Shown piece by piece: positions 8,235 to 15,884 of a stretch of DNA of 20,000 nt (position 1 is its first letter; every line of letters starts with the position of its first letter). This DNA comes from Candidatus Eiseniibacteriota bacterium (GTDB lineage: Bacteria; Orphanbacterota; Orphanbacteria; Orphanbacterales; Orphanbacteraceae), in the NCBI GenBank assembly GCA_043809585.1, contig JBDROZ010000041.1, positions 46,028-66,027 of the forward strand, given 5' to 3'. The position numbers and the translations under genes were made by a program. The notes beneath the pieces are model-generated. The model worked only from the letters and a program-made list of their open reading frames with translations, made no database searches and had not been told where the DNA came from.

Positions 8235-9742
8235 GGCGTCCCCCCTCTCCGGTCCAAGGCGTGCTCCGCCGCCGCCCGCTCGTTCCACCGGCGCCTCTCG
8301 GCGCCGTAGACCTGGTACGCCTCATGCCCCTTGCCGGCGAGCACCACCGTGTCCCCCGTCCGTGCGAGCCCGACGGCCCGGTCGATCGCCTCCTCCCGGT
8401 CCGGCACCGTCTCGTACGCTCCCCCCCCCTCGCGAAGCCCCTTCTCCACCTCCTTCCGGATCGCCGACGGGTCCTCGCTCCGCGGATTGTCGTCGGTCAG
8501 CACCGTGTGGTCCGCAAGCTCCGCGGCGAGGCGGCCCATGACCGGCCGCTTCCCCCGGTCCCTGTCGCCGCCGCATCCGAAGAGGAGAATCAGCCGGCCG
8601 GGCGTGATCGCCCGCACGGTCCGGAGAAGATGGGCGAAGCCGTCGGGGGTGTGGGCGTAGTCGATGATCACGCCGAAGTCCTGCCCCCGGTCGACCCGCT
8701 CCATCCTCCCGGGCGGGGGCGTCGCGTCGGCGAGACCCACGCCCGCGTCCTCGAGACTCATGCCCGCCGCGAGGGCGAGGCCCACCGCCGCGAGACCGTT
8801 GGAGACGTTGAAGGCGCCGGGCAGGGGGAGCCGCGTCTCCACGGCCTCCCCTTTTCGGAGAAGCCGGAGGACGGAACCGTCCACGCCGGACTGGAGGATT
8901 TCGGCGCGTAGGTCCGCCCCCTCGGCCTCCCCGAAAACGATCTTGGCCAGCGGCGAGCGCCCGGCGAGGAGCGCCCCCGTCTCGTCGTCGCCGTTCAGCA
9001 CCGCCGATCCGACCTCGAGCCGGTCCGGCCCCGTCTCGTCCGGGAGGAAGAGATGCATCTTCTCCCGGCGGTACGATTCGACGGTGCCGTGAAAATCGAG
9101 GTGGTCCCGGGTGACGTTGGTCAGGGCCACGGCACGGAAGCGGAGCGCCACGAGACGGCGGAGCGCCACGGCGTGGGAAGAGGCTTCCATGGCGACGCAC
9201 GCGGCCCCCCCCTCGAGCATGCGGGCGAGAAGACGGTGGATCACGTCCGCCCCCGGCGTCGTGTTCGGTCCGGGCTCCTCTCCCCCCGGCCAGAAGGCGC
9301 CGAGCGTGCCGAGCACGCCGCAGGGCCGGCCCGCCGCCGCCAGGATCGACCGGAGCATCCAGGTCACCGTGGTCCTGCCGTTCGTTCCGGTCACGCCGAA
9401 GAGGTCGAGGGTCCGGCTCGGGTTCCCCCAGACTTCCGCGGCCGCGACGCCGAGAGCGAGCCGCGTATCGGTCACGGCCACCTGGGGGAGCGGGACCGAC
9501 GGATCGAGGCGCTCCACAATCGCGGCCGCCGCCCCCCGCTTCGCCGCATCGCCGAGGAAGGCGTGCCCGTCCGCGTGAAAGCCCCGAAGGGCGACGAAGA
9601 GGGAGCCCTTGCGCGCCTGGCGGGAATCACAGGTCACGTCCGTCACCGGAACGTCCTTCCCCCCCATCCGTTCCCGGACCGGGAGCAGGGGAAGAAGGGT
9701 CGCGAGTGCGGTGGCGCGCCGTTCCTTCTTCATCCCCATCAT
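8231..9742 (-). CDS. murE: UDP-N-acetylmuramoyl-L-Ala-D-Glu--2,6-diaminopimelate ligase MurE
   Basis: DSRQ, DGHAF, GVTGTNG(R)TT, NTTPG, MEASSH, TRDHLDFH, DYAHTPDG, FGCGGDRD, DNPR (the meso-DAP-type motif) and AGKGHE. ATG 9742 overlaps the ftsI TGA. This is the C-terminal 503 aa of the 1294-aa track ORF. Confidence 0.95.
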   Translation of the reverse strand: MMGMKKERRATALATLLPLLPVRERMGGKDVPVTDVTCDSRQARKGSLFVALRGFHADGHAFLGDAAKRGAAAAIVERLDPSVPLPQVAVTDTRLALGVAAAEVWGNPSRTLDLFGVTGTNGRTTVTWMLRSILAAAGRPCGVLGTLGAFWPGGEEPGPNTTPGADVIHRLLARMLEGGAACVAMEASSHAVALRRLVALRFRAVALTNVTRDHLDFHGTVESYRREKMHLFLPDETGPDRLEVGSAVLNGDDETGALLAGRSPLAKIVFGEAEGADLRAEILQSGVDGSVLRLLRKGEAVETRLPLPGAFNVSNGLAAVGLALAAGMSLEDAGVGLADATPPPGRMERVDRGQDFGVIIDYAHTPDGFAHLLRTVRAITPGRLILLFGCGGDRDRGKRPVMGRLAAELADHTVLTDDNPRSEDPSAIRKEVEKGLREGGGAYETVPDREEAIDRAVGLARTGDTVVLAGKGHEAYQVYGAERRRWNERAAAEHALDRRGGTP

Positions 9743-11673
9743 CGTTCGCTCCCCACGAGTTCGCAGACCGCGCCCGGCCGGAGGGGCGCGCCGGGGGGGG
9801 GCAGCTGGGCGGCCACCACGCCGGCGCCGAGAAGATTCACCGAAGCCTCGGCGGAGAGCAGCATCGACTTCGCCTCCCGGAGGAGACGGCCTCTCAGGTC
9901 CGGCATGAGTGGGGGCGCAGCTCCGTCGAAGGAGACCGGAGGCCGGGCAGAGGGGGCCGCCGCTTCCGCCAACCGCCACGAGGCGACCGCCTCCTCCCGG
10001 AGAACACCTCGAAAGGACTCGGCGAGATCGGAACAGGCCACTTTGAGAAGGATGTCCCGGAAGATGGGGGCGGCCACCAGTCCGCCGTAGAAGACGCCCG
10101 AGATGTCGACGAGGACCACGGCGACCACCATCCGGGAACGCTCGGTCGGCGCGAAGCCGATAAAGGAGGAGGTGAACCGCCGGTGGGAGAAACCGCCCGT
10201 CTCCTCGAGGTACTGGGCGGTCCCCGTTTTCCCCGCGGTGGGCCAGATCCCGAGGTCCGCGCCCGACCCGGTCCCCTCGGTCACGGCCCCGTGAAGGAAC
10301 TCGACCATGAGAGCCGCCGTCTCGGAGGAGATCACGCGGCGCACCTTCCGGGGCGGGATGCGCTCCACCACGCTCCCGTCGGGCCGCCGGATCTCGCGCA
10401 CGAGTCGGGGTTCCATCAGGACGCCGTCGTTCGCCACCGCGCCGTAGGCGGCGACGAGCTGCACCAGATTCACGGCCACCTCGTGGCCGATGGCGACGGT
10501 CCCGAGGGAGCGTCCACTCCACTCCTTCGGCCTCCGGAGCATGCCGGGCAGTTCCCCGGGGAAGGTGACGCCGGAGAGGGCCCCGAAGCCGAAGGCGCGG
10601 GAATAGGAGTAGAGCGCCTCGGGCCCGAGCTTGTGGGCGATCTGGGCGGTGACCACGTTCGACGAGAGCTCGAAGCCCTGCCGCACGGTCAGCGTGTCGT
10701 ACTCTTTGGGGTCGTGGATCGTGTAGACGCCGAAGTTCATCTTTCCCCGGCCCGCCCAGAACAGGTCGTCCGGCGAAACCACGCCCCGGTCGAGGGCGGC
10801 GGCGTAGGTCACGAGCTTGTACGTCGAGCCGGGTTCGAACTGGGAGACCACGCACCGGTTGAGGGACTGCCGGTCCGCCTCCCCGCCGGCCCCTTCGGCG
10901 GTGGAGAGGGCGAGCACGTCCCCCGTAACCGGGTCCATCGCCATGGCCATTCCGTAGGCCGCCTTGTTGGAGGCCACGGCGCGACGGAGTTCGAGGTCCA
11001 CCACGCTCTGCACGCCGGCGTCCAGGGTGAGCACCACGTCGCACCCGTCGACCGGCGGGCGGCACGGCCCCCCGGGAAGTTCGCGGCACCCCCGGGCGGG
11101 AACCGCCTGGAGAACGCGCCACCCCTTCTCCGCCCGGAGCACCGAATCGAACTGAAGTTCCGCCCCCTCGACTCCGACATTGTCCACGTTCGTGAAGCCG
11201 AGGAGGGGAAGGGCCAGGTCGCCGAGGGGACGGATGCGGTCCTTTTCGGGGATGCAGTAGACGCCCTCGAGGTCCGCCTCGAAAACGCTTTCGCCGACCG
11301 CGGGGTCCACCCTCCGGGCGAGATAGATGAAGTTCCCCGGGCGCCGGAGCCGTTCGCGGAGGGTCCCGGCGGAGAGCCCCAGGATCGGAGCGAGGGCGCG
11401 GCTCACCCGATTCGGGTCCGTGATCTGGGAGGGGTCGGCGATGACCGTCGGGGAAGAGAGGGTCCCCGCGAGTAGCTCGCCGTGGCGGTCGAGGATGCGC
11501 CCCCGGTTTCCCGGGAGTTCCACCTTCCGGTCGTGCTGGCGGGCCGCCCTCTCTCGGTAGACATCGTGATCCAAGAGCTGAATGCGCGCGAGGCCGATGA
11601 AGAGATAGACCCACACCGCGAGGCCCGCGGCGACGACGACGAACATGCGCGCCTTGCGGCCGAAGTGGTTCAC
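9739..11673 (-). CDS. ftsI: Class B penicillin-binding protein FtsI/PBP3 with C-terminal PASTA domain
   Basis: N-terminal TM helix, RGRILDRHG, GVEGAE, catalytic motifs EPGSTYK (SxxK), SSN and KTG, and a C-terminal PASTA-like segment (MPDLRG...VVAAQLPPPG). Likely start is GTG 11673. Confidence 0.95.
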   Translation of the reverse strand: MNHFGRKARMFVVVAAGLAVWVYLFIGLARIQLLDHDVYRERAARQHDRKVELPGNRGRILDRHGELLAGTLSSPTVIADPSQITDPNRVSRALAPILGLSAGTLRERLRRPGNFIYLARRVDPAVGESVFEADLEGVYCIPEKDRIRPLGDLALPLLGFTNVDNVGVEGAELQFDSVLRAEKGWRVLQAVPARGCRELPGGPCRPPVDGCDVVLTLDAGVQSVVDLELRRAVASNKAAYGMAMAMDPVTGDVLALSTAEGAGGEADRQSLNRCVVSQFEPGSTYKLVTYAAALDRGVVSPDDLFWAGRGKMNFGVYTIHDPKEYDTLTVRQGFELSSNVVTAQIAHKLGPEALYSYSRAFGFGALSGVTFPGELPGMLRRPKEWSGRSLGTVAIGHEVAVNLVQLVAAYGAVANDGVLMEPRLVREIRRPDGSVVERIPPRKVRRVISSETAALMVEFLHGAVTEGTGSGADLGIWPTAGKTGTAQYLEETGGFSHRRFTSSFIGFAPTERSRMVVAVVLVDISGVFYGGLVAAPIFRDILLKVACSDLAESFRGVLREEAVASWRLAEAAAPSARPPVSFDGAAPPLMPDLRGRLLREAKSMLLSAEASVNLLGAGVVAAQLPPPGAPLRPGAVCELVGSER

Positions 11674-12115
11674 CGCCCCCCCCGCTCTCCCCGTCCTCGT
11701 CCCTCCCACCCCCGAGAAGATCGCCGATGATGCCGATACCCCGCCCGGCGCCCGACCGGACCGCCGCCGCGAGAGACCCCCACGCCGGCCGGGGAGGCCG
11801 GTTCTCGTTCCATTCGGGAAGGAACGTCTGCTCCCCCGGCGCGGGGGGCCTGAGTCCGAAGTCCCGGGCGGCGACCGTTTCGATCCGGTCCCGGCCGGCG
11901 AGGCGGGCCACGTCCACCTCGGCCCGTTCCACTTTGTCCCGAAGGGTCTGAAGCCGGTCCTTGAGGTCCCGGTTCTCTTGATGGGCGAGGGCGACGGAGA
12001 ACCGGGTATTCACGCATACGATCAACACGACCACCGATGCGATCAGGAGAGGCGCGAACCAGCCGACGGGAAACGAAGGGAGTCCGCCGGTTCGCCTCTT
12101 CGCCCTTCCTCTCAT
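11670..12115 (-). CDS. ftsL: Cell division protein FtsL-like; one-base frameshift near the 3' end in this sequence
   Basis: Lies between rsmH and ftsI. Short basic N-terminus, one TM helix (WFAPLLIASVVVLIVCV), a heptad coiled coil and LAGRDRIETVAARDFGL. There is no in-frame stop as given; one extra base (e.g. in the G8 tract at 11676-11683) would end it at TGA 11670-11672, giving 148 aa. Confidence 0.8.
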
Positions 12116-13101
12116 CGCCGTCCCTCCTTTCTCGAACCCGCCGGGCCGACCCGGACCCCGACACGAAGCCTTGCGCTTCGGGCCCGCCCATTGGCGGACA
12201 CCTCTTCATCGCGGGGCCGGACGGCCCGGCGGGGATGGAGACGGAGCACCGGGGATCGTCCACACCGGCAGGTTGGCAGGCGCGGCGGGCAGACGCAGCC
12301 CCGGGCCCAGTCACGAAAACGGCTCTTCACCACCCGATCCTCGAGGGAGTGGTACGAGAGCACCGCGATCAAGCCGCCGGGCGCGAGGGCCTCCACGGCG
12401 GCGTCGAGCCCTTCCTCGAGCGCGCGAATCTCGTCGTTGACTTCGACGCGAAAGGACTGAAACACGCGGGAGAGTCCCGCGATTCTGTGGCGCGGGTGGA
12501 GGCAGCGGCCGACCACTTCGGCCAGGCGGGCCGTGTCCTCGATGGGCGTCACTTCCCGGGCCCGGACGATGGCCCGCGCCACGGCCCTGGCGTTCCGCTC
12601 CTCTCCGTAACGGCGGATCACCTCTTCGAGCTTCTCCGCGGGATACTCGTTCACCAGGTCCCTGGCGCTCTTCCCCCTCGTGCGGTCCATCCTCATGTCG
12701 AGCTCCCCCTCCAGGCGATGGGAGAAGCCCCTTTCGGCCCGGTCGATCTGGGGGGACGAGACGCCGAGGTCGAAGAGCGCGCCGCCGACCCGTCCCCTCT
12801 CCCCTTCCTCGAGGAGGGCGCGAAGGTCGCGGAAGTCGCCGTGACGGAGAGAGACGGGCACGGACGGGGGCGCGCCGGCGAGGCGGAGCGCCGCGGCTTC
12901 GAGCGCCTCCCGGTCCCGGTCGATTCCGACATAGGTCTCGATTCCACGGACTTCCTCCAAGATCGCCGCGCCATGGCCGCCGTACCCGACGGTGGCGTCC
13001 AGAAAGACGCCCCCGGGAAAACCCTCGAAAGCCCGGACGACCTCACGAACCATGACGGGAACGTGAGGGGGCGGGGGGACCCGCTCGCCCTCCGGGGTCA
13101 T
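12112..13101 (-). CDS. rsmH: 16S rRNA m4C1402 methyltransferase RsmH (MraW)
   Basis: HVPVM, DATVGYGGHG, DRD, DLGVSSPQID, LDMRMD, SYHSLEDRVVK, a CxCPPxxPxCxCG insert and RARSARLR. ATG 13101 overlaps the mraZ TGA. Confidence 0.97.
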   Translation of the reverse strand: MTPEGERVPPPPHVPVMVREVVRAFEGFPGGVFLDATVGYGGHGAAILEEVRGIETYVGIDRDREALEAAALRLAGAPPSVPVSLRHGDFRDLRALLEEGERGRVGGALFDLGVSSPQIDRAERGFSHRLEGELDMRMDRTRGKSARDLVNEYPAEKLEEVIRRYGEERNARAVARAIVRAREVTPIEDTARLAEVVGRCLHPRHRIAGLSRVFQSFRVEVNDEIRALEEGLDAAVEALAPGGLIAVLSYHSLEDRVVKSRFRDWARGCVCPPRLPTCRCGRSPVLRLHPRRAVRPRDEEVSANGRARSARLRVGVRVGPAGSRKEGRR

Positions 13102-13562
13102 TCCGGACGCTCGCCTTGGCGGCGGCGGAAGACCTCTTCGGCGACCTGCTCGTACGACTTCTTGAACGTCGAACGGTACGCCTCGTGGACGTCCGGATTG
13201 AAGATCTCGAGGCGGGTGATCACGCCGAGAATGAGAACCTCGCTCGCGATGTTCGCCCAGTCGCGGTGCTCCCGGGAGAGAAGGATCCGGCCTTGCTTGT
13301 CGAGCGTGGTGTCCATGGCGTGAGAGGCCATCTCCCGGGTGTAGAATCGAACGTCGCTCGCCTCGTAGGGCAGGTCGCGGAGTTTGGCTTCCTCCACTTC
13401 CCACTGAGAGAGGGGGAAGACGACGAGAGAACGTTCGAGACCGCGGGTGACGATGATGGGGGTTTCCGGTTTCGGGGAGAGGACCTTGCGGAAGCGGGCG
13501 GGGATGTTCATCCGCCCTTTCGAGTCGACGGCGAACCGGTATCTTCCGAGCAGACGATCCAC
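13098..13562 (-). CDS. mraZ: Division/cell wall cluster transcriptional repressor MraZ
   Basis: Two DxxGR motifs (DSKGRMNIPARFR, DKQGRILL). GTG start preceded by a GGAGGGG Shine-Dalgarno; first gene of the dcw cluster. Confidence 0.96.
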   Translation of the reverse strand: MDRLLGRYRFAVDSKGRMNIPARFRKVLSPKPETPIIVTRGLERSLVVFPLSQWEVEEAKLRDLPYEASDVRFYTREMASHAMDTTLDKQGRILLSREHRDWANIASEVLILGVITRLEIFNPDVHEAYRSTFKKSYEQVAEEVFRRRQGERPE

Positions 13563-13737
13563 GGTGACCCCTCCGGTCGGGCGGCTCGGGTTCCCGGGAT
13601 TCCGGATTGCGCCGGGCGCTGTGCTATACTCGGCTGCGGCCGATCCGGCCTCGCGGGCGCCGTGAGGAGCGGTCAGAGGATCGCTCGGTTATCGATTGGG
13701 CGCTCACGAGGTTGGAGGCATGGGGACCCCCGGGGAA

Positions 13738-13771
13738 CCATTTTCTACCACTTTAACCCACCGAGACCCAT
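13738..13771 (-). promoter_or_regulatory. MraZ operator: four [G/A]TGG boxes at 10-nt period
   Basis: Minus strand reads ATGG-gtctcg-GTGG-gttaaa-GTGG-tagaaa-ATGG, matching the GTGG(N6) repeat architecture known for MraZ sites. It overlaps the -10 element and the predicted transcription start. Confidence 0.85.
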
Positions 13772-13799
13772 ACTAGGGCTCCGGGCGAAGAGGTGTCAA
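13770..13799 (-). promoter_or_regulatory. Sigma70-type promoter of the dcw operon
   Basis: TTGACA (13799-13794), 18-nt spacer, TAGTAT (13775-13770). Implies a 5' UTR of about 200 nt before mraZ. Confidence 0.8.
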
Positions 13800-13913
13800 C
13801 GGTTTTTGTGCGGTAATGGCAAAAACCTCGGACTTTTTTGCGGATTCTCGTCCCCTTCCCGAGCCCTTTACTTCGAGGGTTTTCTGAGACCCCTGCTGAA
13901 ATGAATTGTTTTC

Positions 13914-15815
13914 ATGCAGATTAAACCGGATTCTCCTCGGAAGCTGGCCCGGCGGTGGGTCGTGATCCTCGCAGTCGCGGCGACCCTCCCGGGAGGATGC
14001 GGGCCGGAGGAGCGATTCCCCGGCGTGAATCTGATTCTGATCACTATCGACACCATGCGGTCGGATCACCTCGCCTCCTACGGCCGCCCCAACGCCCGGA
14101 CCCCGCACATGGACCGGCTCGCCCGGGAAGGGACGCTCTTCACCCGGATGTACGCCTCCGCCCCCTTGACCCTCCCCTCCCACACCACGTTCCTGACGGG
14201 CCGGTATCCCTCCTCCCATGGGGTCCACGACAACGGCGCCTACCGTTTCGGCGAGGAGGGTACGACGATCGCCGAATACCTCTCCGGCGCCGGGTATCGC
14301 ACCGCGGCGTTCGTCTCTTCATTCCAACTCGACCGGAAATACGGGCTGGCCCAGGGATTCCGCGAGTATGACGATCGGATGCCGCAGAAGTTCGAAGTCT
14401 ACGACCCCCGGATCGCGGCGGGGCCGAAGGCGGACAGCATCCGTCATCAGTCGGGCCAGCGGCGGGCGGAGGAGATCACGGCGCTCGTGACGGCGTGGCT
14501 CGGCCGGGGCGGATCGGAGCCGTTCTTCCTCTGGCTTCACTATTTCGATCCCCATGAATCGTACGACCCCCCTCCCCCCTTCGACCGGATGAACCAGGAC
14601 CTCCCCTTCCCCGACAGTCTGTACGACGGGGAGATCGCCTACCTCGACCGGGAACTGGGAAGGCTGATCGGCGAGCTCGAGGATCGGGGAATCTACGACC
14701 GTTGTCTCGTCCTACTCTCCGCCGACCACGGCGAGGGGCTCGGCAGCCACGGCGAGCGTTATCACGACACGTTCATCTACGACTCGACCATTCGGATCCC
14801 CTTCCTCGTCGGCGGGGGCGCGGCGAAACGGAACGCTCCCCGCTTCGTGGAGACTCCGGTTCGGAGCATCGACGTCCTCCCCACGCTCCTCGACGCGGCG
14901 GGCGTGAAACCGAAGGGGGACGTCCAGGGGGAGAGCCTCCTCCCCCTGCTGGAGGGAGAAGAGAGGCGCGGCGAATGGACCAGTTACGCCGAGACCTTTT
15001 CCCCCATTCACAACCTCTGCTCGAAGCTCTTCAGCATCCGCACGGAGGAGTGGAAGTACATCGAGGCCCCACTCCCCGAGCTCTACCGCGTCTCGGAGGA
15101 TCCCGGCGAGAGAACGAACCTGATCGAACGGCGGCCGGAGGTGGCGCTCGACCTCCGGGAGATCCTGAAAGAGCACATGCCCGAAGAGGAGACGGGCCGC
15201 ATCGAGATCGACGAGGAGACGCGGGAGAAGCTCGAGGCGATCGGCTACGTGCGCGGGGAGGCCGGTCCGGAAGCGGTCGTGGAGGGAAAAGACCCGAAGG
15301 AGATCCTCCCCTGTACGGACGGACTCCATCTCTCGATGCTCCACTTCACCTACGGGCGGTACGATTCGTCCCTCGCCGTCCTCGAACGGCTGAAGCTCGA
15401 GTGTCCCCCCCACGGCCAAATCTACGACAACATCGGGAACCTCCGGATCCGCCTCGGGCACTACGAGGAGACGATCGAGGAGTTCACCGAGATCATCCGC
15501 CTCCACCCCAGCTATTCGAAGGGCTACTTCTGGGTCGGCATGGCGTACCTCCGGACCGGGCGGGACGCCGAAGCCCTCGAGTGGTTCCGGAAAGCCGTGG
15601 AACGGGACCCGAACATGCAGATCGCCCAGTACAACGTGGGCCTCGCCCTCGGCAACATGCGGCGGGTCGACGAGGCGCTCGAGGCGTGGGAGGAGGCGAT
15701 CCGCATCAGCCCGAACAGTACGATCGGCCGGCTCGCGAAGCGGGCCTACGACGACGTGGCGAGTGCGCTCGAACAGTCGAGGCGGGGCGCGGGACCGGTG
15801 AGGCCGGGGGGATAG
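13914..15815 (+). CDS. Sulfatase-like hydrolase/transferase (alkaline phosphatase superfamily) with C-terminal TPR repeats; probable lipoprotein
   Basis: Basic-hydrophobic N-terminus ending ...ATLPGGC. NLILITIDTMRSDHL, APLTLPSHTTFLTG, HYFDPH, YDGEIAYLD and SADHGE motifs. C-terminal TPR-like repeats (e.g. AQYNVGLALGNMRRVDEALEAWEEAIRISP). Confidence 0.9.
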   Translation: MQIKPDSPRKLARRWVVILAVAATLPGGCGPEERFPGVNLILITIDTMRSDHLASYGRPNARTPHMDRLAREGTLFTRMYASAPLTLPSHTTFLTGRYPSSHGVHDNGAYRFGEEGTTIAEYLSGAGYRTAAFVSSFQLDRKYGLAQGFREYDDRMPQKFEVYDPRIAAGPKADSIRHQSGQRRAEEITALVTAWLGRGGSEPFFLWLHYFDPHESYDPPPPFDRMNQDLPFPDSLYDGEIAYLDRELGRLIGELEDRGIYDRCLVLLSADHGEGLGSHGERYHDTFIYDSTIRIPFLVGGGAAKRNAPRFVETPVRSIDVLPTLLDAAGVKPKGDVQGESLLPLLEGEERRGEWTSYAETFSPIHNLCSKLFSIRTEEWKYIEAPLPELYRVSEDPGERTNLIERRPEVALDLREILKEHMPEEETGRIEIDEETREKLEAIGYVRGEAGPEAVVEGKDPKEILPCTDGLHLSMLHFTYGRYDSSLAVLERLKLECPPHGQIYDNIGNLRIRLGHYEETIEEFTEIIRLHPSYSKGYFWVGMAYLRTGRDAEALEWFRKAVERDPNMQIAQYNVGLALGNMRRVDEALEAWEEAIRISPNSTIGRLAKRAYDDVASALEQSRRGAGPVRPGG

Positions 15816-15826
15816 GGGAACTCCCG

Positions 15827-15875
15827 TTCCTGTGTCATTCCAGAGTGGCCATCTTCACTCGGAAGTGACAGGGAA
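15827..15875. terminator. Imperfect hairpin between convergent genes; possible bidirectional terminator or 3'-end stabiliser
   Basis: TTCC..TGTCA-TTCC.GAGTG / loop GCCATCTT / CACTC-GGAA.TGACA.GGAA fills most of the 69-nt gap between two stop codons. No U-tract on either side. Confidence 0.5.
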
Positions 15876-15884
15876 GGTGAGAGA

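Noticed and set aside
8421..9801. Other long homopolymers (C9 at 8421-8429, G9 at 9793-9801) as phase-variation sites
   Set aside because: Both are in frame, encoding Gly and Pro runs in intact genes, and such runs are common at this GC content.
995..11475. Long plus-strand ORFs antisense to dcw genes (995-3307, 4265-5635, 5632-7794, 9706-11475)
   Set aside because: Shadow ORFs expected from high GC3 codon usage. They carry no recognisable motifs and overlap well-supported genes on the opposite strand.
9374..12172. Possible AGG-to-Lys codon reassignment: AGG sits at the MurE P-loop Lys and at the Lys of the RsmH RSAKLR motif
   Set aside because: AGG also encodes conserved arginines here (MurC HRYTRT, MurE GGDRD and PGRME), so AGG means Arg. 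RSARLR is also a plausible natural RsmH variant.
13720..13776. 18-codon plus-strand ORF (MGTPGEPFSTTLTHRDPY) after GGAGG
   Set aside because: The Shine-Dalgarno spacing is only 1 nt, and the sequence is already explained by the MraZ boxes and -10 element on the other strand.
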